From Oopsacas minuta (Eukaryota; Animalia; Porifera): a stretch of DNA of 64,000 nt. A program made the position numbers and the translations under genes. The DNA lies in contig JAKMXF010000066.1 of the NCBI GenBank assembly GCA_024704765.1, positions 565,854 to 629,853 on the forward strand, read 5' to 3'. Shown here one piece after another: positions 12,956 through 24,159 of the stretch. Each line of letters starts with the position of its first letter. The stretch's first letter is position 1. The notes beneath the pieces are model-generated. The model was not told the origin of the DNA. It made no database searches and saw nothing but the letters and a program-made list of their open reading frames with translations.

Positions 12956-12991
12956 ATTGTTTAATACAGTATTGTCCCTCTAATAATATTA

Positions 12992-13533
12992 TCTAATTTA
13001 ATTATATATTAGCCGCAACGCCGCCCTCTGGGCGGCTTTTTCTGCTAGTTCCTGCGGAATGCTTTTTCGGGCCTTCGGCCCTCACGATTGTCTTTTGGAG
13101 TTTGCGAACGCTACGCGTCCGCATGTATCAGCTCTCAGTGAACAATCAAAAAACCTATTACATTGCTATGCGGCATTCGTTTAAGTGTTTGTCATGTGAT
13201 GGTACAACATTGCATTATGTCAAGTGTAGTTATTTATTTTTTAGCTGAGGTATTAATATTTTACTAATGTACTTTATTAGCTTTTATATAGAGATAGCTC
13301 AAAAGCCGCCCTTTGCGCGGCTTTTAACCTAGTTCCTGTGGCAGGCTTTGTGAAGGACCGTGGAGTATGTGGAGTGGGCAACACTTTCTCCGCATTACTC
13401 CACGGGATCAATAAACTGTTAATAGTAACTATTGTAATTGGTAGAGTTCAACAATGGTTCGATTCGAAAAGTATTTCTTAATTGTACACAAAATTTGGTT
13501 CGAATCGGTCCAGGCATCTCTGAGAAACGCGCG

Positions 13534-13568
<35 letters not shown>

Positions 13569-13585
13569 TGTTTTATACATATAGC
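12992..13585. mobile_element. Non-autonomous Helitron-like insertion, about 0.6 kb
   Basis: Absent from the homologous site at 11141-11160. Contains GC hairpins (13020-13036, 13301-13325) near CTRR motifs, a long stem-loop at about 13358-13405, and an (AC)n tract; no obvious TSD. Confidence 0.55.
13537..13566. repeat. (AC)15 microsatellite inside the Helitron-like element
   Basis: Read directly from the sequence. Confidence 0.95.
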
Positions 13586-13707
13586 TTGTGCAATAATGAT
13601 GTATATTTGTATATTTACTAATATTTATGTTGTTTTCTGTTCTATGGACTTGAATAGATCTTTTCTATCAGTCCCTTCAAATACCTTTCAATGATTTTAG
13701 CTAAATT

Positions 13708-13883
13708 AATTCGAATGGGTTCCCTAGGATATAAGGTTTGTCGTGGAATGAAATTTCATTCCCATTTCATTCCTACATGATTCTCTGTGGGAATTCCTAT
13801 TTTCCTACTATATCCTCATAGGATTTCCCACTTGGGAAAACCATCGTAAGGAAATCATTTCCCATCCCCACGGCAACCCTGCT
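13708..13883. mobile_element. About 176-bp hairpin-rich insertion without TSD
   Basis: Empty site GCTAAATTGGCGTAG near 11280; filled site here. Internal palindromes GGAATGAA-AT-TTCATTCC and TTTCCCA-CT-TGGGAAA. Confidence 0.6.
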
Positions 13884-14111
13884 GGCGTAGGTATTTATTA
13901 TGTTTACTGTCAATACATTGGATGTGAGTAATATTCTGTAAAGATTAATAGCTAACACGAATGAATAGTTTAAGTTTAAAACATTAGCATCACTCAAGAG
14001 GTAATTTACATAACTCCTTTCAATAGCCTGCTATAAAATATGCGAAAAGAAAGGGGGAAACTAGTTAATTACAATTACAACTGTTCGTAAGCATTATATT
14101 TTCAAAGTTCA

Positions 14112-15659
14112 TTATTTCGATTTCTTTAGATTGAATTTTTGTTTCCAGCTTACTTCATTATTTTCATAGATATCTTCCTTTGTCAGTGAAATACTTTCAG
14201 CAATTTTAGGTTGTAATGAGCTATGTGGAGGAATATTCAATGGAGCTACATTATGGTACTCTATTTTGTTAGATTTGATTTTGTTTCTGTTAGGCAACGA
14301 TTTTGTAGGTTTTAGTAGGTGTTTTAGATTTCTTCGGGTGTTATTAGAATCTCCTAATGATCTAACTGTTGAATCGTCTTGAGATTTGATAATAGGTTTG
14401 TGTTTAATATTTTCTAAACGATTTTCGTATATTTTCTTTGCATTTGCATTATGGATAGACTCATCTAAATAAATTCCATCAGATATTGAATTGTTTGAGT
14501 GAGGTTGTTCCATATCCAAGTCTAGTATGTTTTCAGTACTCCAACATCTCATGAACTTAGGGTAAGTGCTAGCACTAACTAGCTGGAGATCAGGTACACG
14601 TGTACGTTGGTTACCTATACTATCCATTGGCATGCTGAGTGGAACTGATGCGTAAGAGTATATAGACTGTTTAGCCTTGAATAAGTATTCTAGCCAAACA
14701 TCACAGTCAATCTTAGAATTGAAAAGTAGTACAATTACCAAATCGTTATGTGTGAATTTGATTTTGAAATCTTTCACTGCTCTGAATGAGTACAACTCAA
14801 GTGGGATTACATACTCAGAGTTTTGTGTATCTAATTTCCTGTTTAAGAGGAGATTTCCGTTGTCTATTAGACAGTAATACATTCCTTTATTCTCTGTGTT
14901 AACTAATACTTCTAGTTGAATAGAGGGTTTGTCAGGTGATGGAGTAAAATTATCATTTTGCTGAATAGCTAGATAATCATGACCTGATTGATTTGCAGGA
15001 ATTTTGATTGGCTTACGATTATCAATTCTAGAAGAATGAGAATTAATAACTGACGAAAATATTCGCAATCATATGTGCCGAACCATCGGGGAGTCAGGGC
15101 GTCTTGTGCCTCCCCCTGGCTTGGTTACAGCCCCATCGGCCTAATACAAAACATGTGTTAGTTTGCTCAATTATAGGCACCCCTGTTACCAATATTTATT
15201 TATTTATCGCTTTCAAATTTGTTGAGGAAGTGAATGCACAGAATCTAACATTAGAAATATTACTTACTGATTGGCTACAGAGCCTCCTATTTCCACAGTT
15301 GCTAACACAGGCTCGTAGATGTGTTCGTATGACGTAGGTAGAGCATTGCTTGGTTTTTCAAGTGTACTTGTTTCTTTTAACATTTGCAAAAGCTTTTGAA
15401 ATGCTAACATTAATGAGGATGTTTCTTTCATGAATTCTCTTGGCAGATATTTAGCTGTTCTATCGAGATAGTCAACTCCTTCTACACAATAGATATAAAT
15501 GTACAATGTACAATTTACAGAGAATGCAGAGCCGAATTCTACGGTGTTCTAGTGTGCGTATTTTGAAAAAATCGTGAAAGTTTTCCATACTTTTATTATT
15601 TACATATAAAACTCACTTAGCATTGTCATCGAAACTAATTCTCTGAGATTTTCATCCAT
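14112..15659 (-). CDS. PH-domain adaptor family, copy 3 (inverted, 3 exons)
   Basis: Model MDENLRELVSMTML|KGVDYLDRTAKYLP...ANQ|IDNRK has the same intron phases as copies 1 and 2. PH segment nearly identical to them; termini divergent. Confidence 0.65.
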
Positions 15660-15936
15660 TTTCCTTTGATACAATTAATTGAAGCTTTTTACCCAGTATA
15701 CCTTTCTATCATATATGTATATGGTAAACTTATACGTTGCCGTGTCATTCTATATTAAAATATTATGTTTCATTAAGAGCTTATAATATGTTTACTGCAT
15801 ACTGTCCATTTTACACATCGTTGTATTTACTGTCAGCATACTTACCTAAAGACTGGTACCAAGCTACTTGATAATTATCTTGCATTTCCAACATGCAAAG
15901 TACTTACCAATTCATTGTTTTTATCTTTCTATACAG

Positions 15937-16257
15937 ATGTCACTTTCTAACTTAGAACAAGAACCTTCACTTAAGTCTCCTAACGCAACTATTTCAGTAG
16001 AAACTGATCTAAGTCGTAACCCTGCTATAGAACCTAGAGATGTAACAGTTCTAAGTCAGGATCAGCAAATGCTACTGAATGACGTTAAAATACAGAATAG
16101 ACTAAAGAATGAGGAATATATAAGACAAAAGCCAGAATTGGTTGCTCTAGTCAAGGGATTTATGAAACAAATCCTATTGGAGAGGCCTGATAACGTTGAG
16201 AAGTTTGCAGGAAGCTTTTTCACAGATTCTCATCTCAGAGAAAAATATCCAAAATGA
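15937..16257 (+). CDS. RIIAD1: RIIa domain-containing protein 1
   Basis: KIQNRLKNEEYIRQKPELVALVKGFMKQILLERPDNVEKFAGSFFTD matches the RIIAD1 D/D domain; ATG directly follows a strong ...TCTATACAG acceptor. Confidence 0.8.
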   Translation: MSLSNLEQEPSLKSPNATISVETDLSRNPAIEPRDVTVLSQDQQMLLNDVKIQNRLKNEEYIRQKPELVALVKGFMKQILLERPDNVEKFAGSFFTDSHLREKYPK

Positions 16258-16536
16258 TAACTCACTAATTATATTTATTCGTTTAAACTATACTCACACG
16301 TCTAATATCGATTAAATTATTACACTTAGTAAAGCAACGGAATCCAGTTTAAATAGTAAAATTGGGAGTTCTCCCAGCTGAAGTGTTTGTTTTTAACCTA
16401 CGAAAAATGACAATTCTTCCTAGAAATTTCGCTATTACACCGCTTTTCTACCCGACCTAATCTATTCACTTACCGAACATTTGAATTACGAATTCAAGCT
16501 TTATTATGTGTAATTAATGCAGTCTATAATGTGTGT

Positions 16537-18506
16537 TCATTTATATAACCATCCACATTTCTCAAAGAATTCATCAAGCCTAATTGCCTGTTCAATCCCG
16601 AGATCATTAGCTACTAACTCTCTCCCTCTTTCTCTACTCCTTTCACTGGGGCCTTCTCTATTATAAGCCAAGAAATACTTCAGTTTAGCTGTATTATATT
16701 GGCTACTCGATATCCCTATATCTGTACATAATTCCTTTTCTATGCTGGATAACAATTCATAGTTATATCTCATACGGAGTATATCTGAGCTATTTGGTTG
16801 TGATAAGCCTTTCATAGGTGACTTATGTGATTTTCCTGAGTTTGATTTATCTGTTTTTATTTGCTCTCTGAGTTTTTTTGCGTTTTCAAACTCTTTCACT
16901 TCGCTCAATTGAGTTAACCCATTTTTCCTGTACTTTGATAGTTCTCTGATTTTTTGTTTGAGTGTCCTCTCTTTCACGAAGGAATGGAGATAGTTATCAT
17001 ACTGTTCTGGGTTCAATCTACGTATAACACAATAATAAACCCATACCAACCAACCCCTTTTTCAAATTTCCCTGAATTTCACGTTTTACCACCGAAAATA
17101 TCCAGAAATATTGCAAAAAACAAACATTTTATATTTTTCCCTTAAGTATGTAAACGGATGCCATTTGAATAATATTTGTGTTTCCTAACCTTGAAATAAC
17201 CTTGTGTTGCTGTCTAAAGTCTTTTTCCTCTTGTAGATGTCTCTTCTTAGAACTAATATATACATGCTGTCCAGTAATAAGCTTATTCTTATGTACTATT
17301 CGTTTCCTCTCATTTCTTTCCTTCACTTTGTTCATGTATATCTCTACCTGGGCTAGTTTTACACTCTTCTCCAGGCTATCATCTTCTGAAGTGAATTCTA
17401 CACCTGCGATTAAATCTTCCGCTTCGTTAGAGAATTCTGTCTCGAACTCATCTCTGTATTGTGAGTAGTTCATAGCAAGCTCCTGGTCAGGTCTAAGTGT
17501 GTTTACAGGAGGAACAGGGTTTGTTTTGAGGAGGTCTTCCCAGCTTGTCTCTCCTGAGAGAGCCTGACCTTCATGTTGTGCTGTGTATTGTGAGATTATT
17601 CCTGTTAGAAATTCTATTATTAAATTTTGTATAACGAGGTTTGTGAAATAAGTGTACAGGAACCTCCACATACGGAGCCTGTGGAAGCGGAGTGAAAATA
17701 TATAGAATGAATTCCTAGTCCCATACAAATGAACCTCCACAAAAGGGGTAGCATTTTTCTGCGTCCCTGCACCCCGTTTGTGAGGGTTACACTGTACTTA
17801 CCATCAGGTTGTAGATATACACTATTGAAGTGTTGTTCAACTTCCTTACTACTCCTGTTATCACCTACATGCTGTGCTATTTCATTCCAATTACCCAATC
17901 CATAGTACTCTATAGCTTCTAGCAGTAACTCTTCTTCTACAGCTAGCCACTGATCTCCTTCGTCTGATTATAAGGAATTATTCAATTTAGAAAGACATAT
18001 TTGCTATTTTGGTGTTTATGGTTTGAGCTCCTATGAGAAATTCTCAATTTATAGGCTCTATTGATTTACACAAAAGCTATAAGTTACAATGGAGATGAGT
18101 TTTACAATCAACTGCCGTTATATCAAATACGGATATATCGAATACCCGCTTCAATTGTATGCTAAACCTTCAAAGTTACGTATACTTTGTCGGTTATATC
18201 GAACTCTGCTTATATGAATTATCGCTGTCCCTTGAGCTTCGATATAACTGGAGTTGAATGTATGTTTAAAACAGTTTACTTACCTAACAACTTGAAGTGG
18301 TTCTTGTCCACAACTTTATAGCTGTGTGTTCTGGAGTGCTCACTAGTCTCCTCTCCCTTTGCTACACACTGTAGACACACTTCACAATCTGAGCACTCAT
18401 TACATTCTAATCTAACTCGTAATGTTAAATCTTTACCACACATAGCACAGTGTCTCCTTTCAGCATGTGCTGATAACCTTCCTAAATATGGCATTAGAAA
18501 CTCCAT
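16537..18506 (-). CDS. TADA2B: Transcriptional adaptor 2 (ZZ-SANT-SWIRM-like), about 4 exons; TADA2B-like
   Basis: ZZ finger CAMC...CNEC..C.VCLQC...H..H; SANT WLAVEEELLLEAIEYYGLGNWNEIAQHV; RDEFETEFSNEAEDLI. The A versus B paralog assignment is uncertain. Confidence 0.8.
17657..17794. mobile_element. MITE family B copy in a TADA2 intron
   Basis: TA|CAGGAACCTCCAC...GAGGGTTACACTG|TA with the conserved GCATTTT..GCGTCCCTG core. Confidence 0.75.
18105..18260. mobile_element. MITE family A copy in a TADA2 intron
   Basis: TA|CAATCAACTGCCGTTATATC...GATATAACTGGAGTTGAATG|TA. Confidence 0.75.
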
Positions 18507-18575
18507 ACAGTATATTGCTACTTAATTATAACAGTTCTGTTACAAGCTAAACATCTACCTGAATATATTGAAATG

Positions 18576-18653
18576 CAGTGTAACCTCTACAAACTAGGTG
18601 GCATGGACGCCGATAGAAGCTACCCATTTCCCTGTGTTGTGGTGGTTACACTG
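18576..18653. mobile_element. MITE family B copy between TADA2 and SLC35B2
   Basis: CAGTGTAACCTCTACAAA...GGTGGTTACACTG|TA. Confidence 0.7.
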
Positions 18654-18763
18654 TAATAGAATGAGATAATTATAAATATCACCATTATAAATCAAATGTG
18701 TTATGATGATAGTTATATAATTACGTAACATATTATTCTAGATAATAATATTTGTAACATTTT

Positions 18764-20386
18764 ATGGCCTTTGATAACGCCTGGAATGAATTTACAATAC
18801 AAATGAACAAGGTTACAGATCACTGGCTAGGCTCATTTACACTGAATATCCTAGCATACTCAACTCTATTACTCCCTCTATATTTGCTGGTAGCTTATGT
18901 TAAGAATCATCCTAACTTAGTACACAAATGTGAGTATATATTATGTCGTTATTTTCTGTATTACAGTGAAGTTTGCCTATTAGGAAGTCGTAATTAACAC
19001 TATTTCCCTTGCTAATACGCGTTGCTATTAGAAGAAATATTTCTCTAAACGCTATTGCTAATAGACGAACATCACTGATTCACTGTAGATATTATCAAAT
19101 TATATATATTTTTAGTTAAGTTTTTGGCTTGTTGCATACGATCGTGTATTCTTGGAGCTGAAGAAGTTGAAGATACAAGACTAAAATCAGTTGAAGAGGG
19201 GACTACTCCTATTTCTCCAGTAGAAGAAAAGCCTAGCAGTAGTGCTGCGATAGCTATCAAGCTTGTATGGTGTGTTATAGGACTACAGGTCTCGTATTTG
19301 ACCTGGGGAGTTATACAGGAGAGGATTATGACAAGGGAATACGAAGGGGAAACTTTCACTAATTCTCAATTCCTTGTGTTTGTTAATAGGATATTAGCGC
19401 TGTTTGTTGCTGGTAAGTTATCACTAAGAGCTACAGTCAACTCTGAAATTCATATATTTTATCAGTTTTATTGAATTATAATTACTCCACTTAGATGGGA
19501 GTAATTATCGCGGTCCCTTGACCTTCGATAAGACGGGACGAGAGTTGACTGTACTTACATTATCTATATGGCTTCTGTTTGTATTATTTATCTCATTAAT
19601 CAACTCTATTTTCCTTATTTAGGAGGATTACTAATGTTTCGCCCTCAGAAATCTCCCCAGGCTCCCCTATACCAATTCTCTTTTACTTCTATCAGTAACA
19701 CCCTATCATCATGGTGTCAGTATGAAGCACTGAAGTTCGTATCGTTCCCAACTCTAGTTCTATCTAAAACTTGTAAATCAATTCCTGTAATGCTTATGGG
19801 GAAGATCATATCTAATAAGACTTATCCTTACTACGAATATGCATTTGCTCTTATTCTCTCTCTTGGGGTATCTCTGTTCGTACTGGAGAGCGAAACAGAA
19901 GGAGAAAGCGGTGCAAGGGAGACCACTTTTGCTGGAGTAATTATTATAATCGGATATTTAGGATTTGATTCATTTACATCTAACTGGCAGAGTGAAATCT
20001 ACAAACAGTACAAAGTATCATCTGTACAAATGATGTATGGAGTAAATCTATTCTCTAGTCTACTCACGATCATATCTCTGGTACAAAGGAATGTATTATT
20101 CTCCTCATTATATTTCCTAATTTCTCATACAGAGTTTGCATTACATTGCCTCATACTATCGATATGCTCAGCTGTTGGTCAGCTGTTTATATTCTACACT
20201 ATACAAGAATTTGGTCCTTTCATCTTCACTATTATAATGACGCTCCGACAAGCTTTCTCTATTCTCTTATCTTGTATAATCTACCAGCATTATATTGGTG
20301 TACAAGGAATCGTAGGTATTGTGGTTGTATTTGGAGCTATTGGCTTTAGAATGTATTGTAATAAATACATTAATGTTAAGAACTAA
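18764..20386 (+). CDS. SLC35B2: PAPS transporter 1, 3 exons
   Basis: [18 protein letters not shown]; [37 protein letters not shown]; GT-AG introns near 18929-19117 and 19413-19621. Confidence 0.9.
19434..19551. mobile_element. MITE family A copy in SLC35B2 intron 2
   Basis: TA|CAGTCAACTC...AATTATCGCGGTCCCTTG...GAGTTGACTG|TA. Confidence 0.75.
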
Positions 20387-20508
20387 TGCATATAGTGTTT
20401 CTGAGAGCTTTATGTTCATGTAAATTACATTCTGTTGTTAGGATTCGTACTTATAATCTTGAAGTTCAATATTAACGCGAAGTAGCCTATCAACCGAAAT
20501 ATTCTATA

Positions 20509-20766
20509 CATTGTAACCTCTACACATGGGGTCTGAAAAATGCTCTCTCTCCGTTACAGGGGTATATCCAAGGATTCCTGGGCCGGAACTTTTTTGAAGG
20601 GTAACCTATTGAACCTGTACAAATTTGAGTCTCACGGTCGGCTCTTTTGGGTACCCGCTAAGCACCTAGATTAATAAACTCCTTTCCCCATTTCTGCTAA
20701 TTTCCAATTCGCTCAATTTGTTTTTCACTCCGTTTCAGAAGTTCCCCGTTTGTAGAGGATACGCTG
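20509..20766. mobile_element. Longer MITE family B copy, intergenic
   Basis: TA|CATTGTAACCTCTACA...TTTGTAGAGGATACGCTG|TA. Confidence 0.6.
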
Positions 20767-20794
20767 TACTGTATTTATATATGTAGAATTTAGC

Positions 20795-21433
20795 ATGAAT
20801 GGAACTATTCTCCCTCAATTCAAAGTGTGTGTAATTGGTGACTGTGGAGTTGGTAAGAGTATGATATTAAAAAGTCTATCATTGGGAGGTACACAAGTAC
20901 CTAGAGAACATTTCCCTCTCACTACTACAGGTGTAGATATAACTCAGCACAAAATAACTGCTGGAGAATACCCATGTTGTCTCAATATATGGGATACAGT
21001 TGGACAAGAAAGGTTCTCATCAGTCTCAACTGGGTATCTACGCAATGCCCTTATTGTACTAATTGTTTATGACATAACAGAAGTGGATAGTTTTGAATCT
21101 GTCCCGAAATGGGTCGAAAGAGCCAAGATAGATGCTAACCCCCGGGTCCTATTAATGTTAGTAGGAAATAAAGTTGATATGGATGATCATAGAGTTGTCA
21201 GTCAGACTCGAGCTAATGAATTGGCTAAGGAGTATAATTTGGAGTTTTTTGAATGCTCTGCTTTCAAAGGTAGAAATATACTATTTCTTTTCAATCAGAT
21301 TGCGAAAGATATTTCTTATAAGTTCCCTGACATTTTACAAGGAAAATCATTTACTGGAGAAAATCTAACTGCCATCTGCCTGACTTCTAATAACCCAACG
21401 CACAAAAATCATTCAAAGAAATGTTGTTCTTGA
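20795..21433 (+). CDS. Atypical Rab-like small GTPase, intronless, 212 aa
   Basis: G1 GDCGVGKS, G2 TTGVD, G3 WDTVGQERF, G4 NKVD, G5 ECSAF; C-terminal CCS prenylation motif. Confidence 0.85.
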   Translation: MNGTILPQFKVCVIGDCGVGKSMILKSLSLGGTQVPREHFPLTTTGVDITQHKITAGEYPCCLNIWDTVGQERFSSVSTGYLRNALIVLIVYDITEVDSFESVPKWVERAKIDANPRVLLMLVGNKVDMDDHRVVSQTRANELAKEYNLEFFECSAFKGRNILFLFNQIAKDISYKFPDILQGKSFTGENLTAICLTSNNPTHKNHSKKCCS

Positions 21434-21779
21434 TATAGTTGATATCTTGGAAACTGAATGTGCATTTATAATCTGTTATACATTTTAATTATTATGGAAT
21501 TTTCATGTTGTAATTTCTTTCAATATATATTAATTCTTTCTAATAATTCCCAGTACACTAATACTAGCCTTTGAATTTGAAAAGGTCCTAAGCAGATTTT
21601 TGGAATTTATGTAAACATAAGTATCAAACAAGTTACGTAGGTTCCAGACATTCCCACAATCAAATGAATTACTATTAGATAGTTGGTAATTAGAGGGAAC
21701 AGTTCCTATAAATTCACCAAACATAACTATAGCTCAAATATCTTATAACTAATTGACTGGATATTATTTCGCTAATAAA

Positions 21780-22871
21780 ATGAGTGAAATATCTTTGAAA
21801 GTTATCTCAGGTAATCAACATGTAGCTAATTGAGAATTATCATACATTCCAATTGCCAAATTTGCCGCATAGCACACTCAAGTATTTCATTAATATTTAT
21901 AGATGGGATTCTGTATCTTAATAAGATCTCGGAACATCTGGACGATGATTTATTACTGGAACATGTAAAAATTGAACAATCCTTTCAAGAATTGTTTCAT
22001 CTCATGGAAAGGTCTGAATCTGGGGTAAGTACACACAGATTATTTATTTAAATATTTATAATTAATATTTTGTAATTTTAGATATCAAAAGTGAATAAAT
22101 CAAGTTCTTCTAAACAAAAGTTATGCAAAAGGTAACCACTTAATTACTATCATTTGAGATATAATCATTAATATTTATGTATTTAGACCCAAACAATTGC
22201 CTTTGGAGAAACAAACTAACAAATCGTTAGAACACAAAAATATGAATTTAGAGAGTAGCACATCTCATAAAGAACTGAATCAAATCTATGAAATATCAAT
22301 CCTAATAAATGACCAGGATATAGGACAAAAATACTGCACTGTTAACGGTCAACATATTTTTATAAGCAAAGAAGACAGACAATATCAGTATATGCTATCA
22401 CTAATCGACTATGACACCCCACGAGCGAATGGCAGTGCTATACACTTAACCTCACCTAACACGTCACTAGAACTTACCTTCAAAACAGAACTAACTTGTC
22501 AACAATTCTACTCGCTTATAGACTCAGTTCATTACAATCAATTATCTATTCAATCATTAGACATACATAATTCTTCTGAAGAATCATTCTATGGATATAG
22601 CAGTGTTGACAACTATTCTACTGTTAGGAAGATGAATAGAAGTAACACGCTTGATCAATTACAAACTGAATTGAAATCTTTTCAATACGATTACCCTCGA
22701 TTTGGCGGAAAAAGTGAAAATAGGAATTTGGATTTGCCTTCCCGAAGAAATCTTCAGCTTAACGCGTTAAACTTTAGACGGAAGAACTCAGGAGTTGTTT
22801 ATGATGAAATTTACAGTGTTTTAACAACATTCACTAGCCCTATACATGAGTACGCGACCATTCCTCATTAA
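21780..22871 (+). CDS. PH-domain adaptor family, copy 4 (divergent, 4 exons), Tyr-motif-rich tail
   Basis: Spliced MSEISLKVIS|DGILYLNKISEHLDDDLLLEHVKIEQSFQELFHL aligns with the family N-terminal motif; PH-like segment in ORF 22197-22871; tail carries YDEI, YSVL, YATI. Confidence 0.55.
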
Positions 22872-23297
22872 CCTAACAACTAAAAATGAATAATTCTGTC
22901 ATTAATGAAAACGCTTATGACAAGATTATTCATTCATCCTTCGAGCGTAATTAATGTAATATATCCCCATTAATTTATCTTACTAGAGTGTCTATAAGTA
23001 TTTCTAATTCCAATTGTTGATTGTATCCCCCTCTATGTATTTTATTACCTAGCTCTTTTCTATACATATGAGTACTTTCTTATAACTATGTAGTGTTGTC
23101 ACCTTTCAATGAATGTATTAAGATAAGACACTCTCCTAACACTTCTCCGTGGTAATTTTCATTGTATTTGGGAAAATGTTTTCACATTTCTTGGGCTTTA
23201 TGCAAATACATTTCTATACAATGCGTATACGAACTTAATTTTTATGTATTCAAAATAATAATAATTAATACAAATATTTTAAAATTTTAAATATAAA

Positions 23298-23996
23298 CTA
23301 TGCAGAATATCCAATACACTTTCTAGTCGCTGGTACTTGAAAATCTGAATCAGATAGTAAAACAGAGTCTCGAGTTTGTTCAGATATTTCTAAAATAGCC
23401 GATTCATTATCTTTGAAATTATGTGAGATATCTTTAGCAATTTGATTGAATAAAAATAGTATATTGAGTCCTTTAGAAGCTGAGCATTCAAAATATTCCA
23501 TTCTATTCTTTAATGCGAATGAATTTGCATCAAATTGTGTTATAACTCTCTCCTCAAAAAGATCCAATTTATTCCCTACTAGCATAAACAAGGTATCATT
23601 GCTAACACTAGCTTTAGCCAATTCAATCCATAAAGGAATTGCTTCAAAACTTTGGATATTTGTAATATCATATACAACTAGCACTGCATGTGAATTGCGT
23701 AGATAATTGCCTGTTATTGATCGAAACCTTTCGTGACCGCCTGTATCCCAAATCTGTAATCGCATATGATAAGAAGTTCCACGTACTTCGTGTTTAATTA
23801 AATCCATGCCAATCGTAGAGTATAAGTTCTCGCTAGTTACACTGCCACCGCCCGTATGCAGACATCTAAGAATCATAGATTTACCAACATTACTATTACC
23901 CAATATGCAAACCTTGTATTCAGGGAGAGTTCGCATTTTATACATTTCTCTCATAGGAACACTTAAACTGTTTAAACTTGAATATTCTGCCATTTC
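23298..23996 (-). CDS. Atypical Rab-like small GTPase with His at the catalytic Gln position
   Basis: G1 GNSNVGKS, STIGMD, WDTGGHERF, NKLD, ECSAS. Start placed near MAEYSS (approximate); the track ORF extends to 24041. Confidence 0.82.
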   Translation of the reverse strand, partial: EMAEYSSLNSLSVPMREMYKMRTLPEYKVCILGNSNVGKSMILRCLHTGGGSVTSENLYSTIGMDLIKHEVRGTSYHMRLQIWDTGGHERFRSITGNYLRNSHAVLVVYDITNIQSFEAIPLWIELAKASVSNDTLFMLVGNKLDLFEERVITQFDANSFALKNRMEYFECSASKGLNILFLFNQIAKDISHNFKDNESAILEISEQTRDSVLLSDSDFQVPATRKCIGYSA

Positions 23997-24159
23997 TATA
24001 TTTCTAATAAACAAAGGTTTGGGAAATAATGTCATTATCAAGTTTAATTCTATAAAATATAGTATTACAATCTTGAATATGCCTATACATACAATTTGAT
24101 GTCATTAGCCAAACACATGTATTTTTGCTACAAATTTATATTCAATTTTCCATTTATGG

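Larger units (their letters stand above)
9643..12990 (+). repeat. Tandem segmental duplication, unit offset 1784 bp, carrying adaptor copies 1 and 2
   Basis: AAGTAACTTCTAAATCATTATAGG recurs near 9643 and 11427; paired ORFs (9934/11718, 10242/12026) are offset by exactly 1784. Confidence 0.93.

Noticed and set aside
17649-17801. MITEs acting as intron-generating introners
   Set aside because: Donor and acceptor sites lie outside the TA-flanked elements, so these are insertions into existing introns.
4768-20386. Sulfotransferase and PAPS transporter as a sulfation cluster
   Set aside because: They are more than 12 kb apart with unrelated genes between; chance proximity is sufficient.
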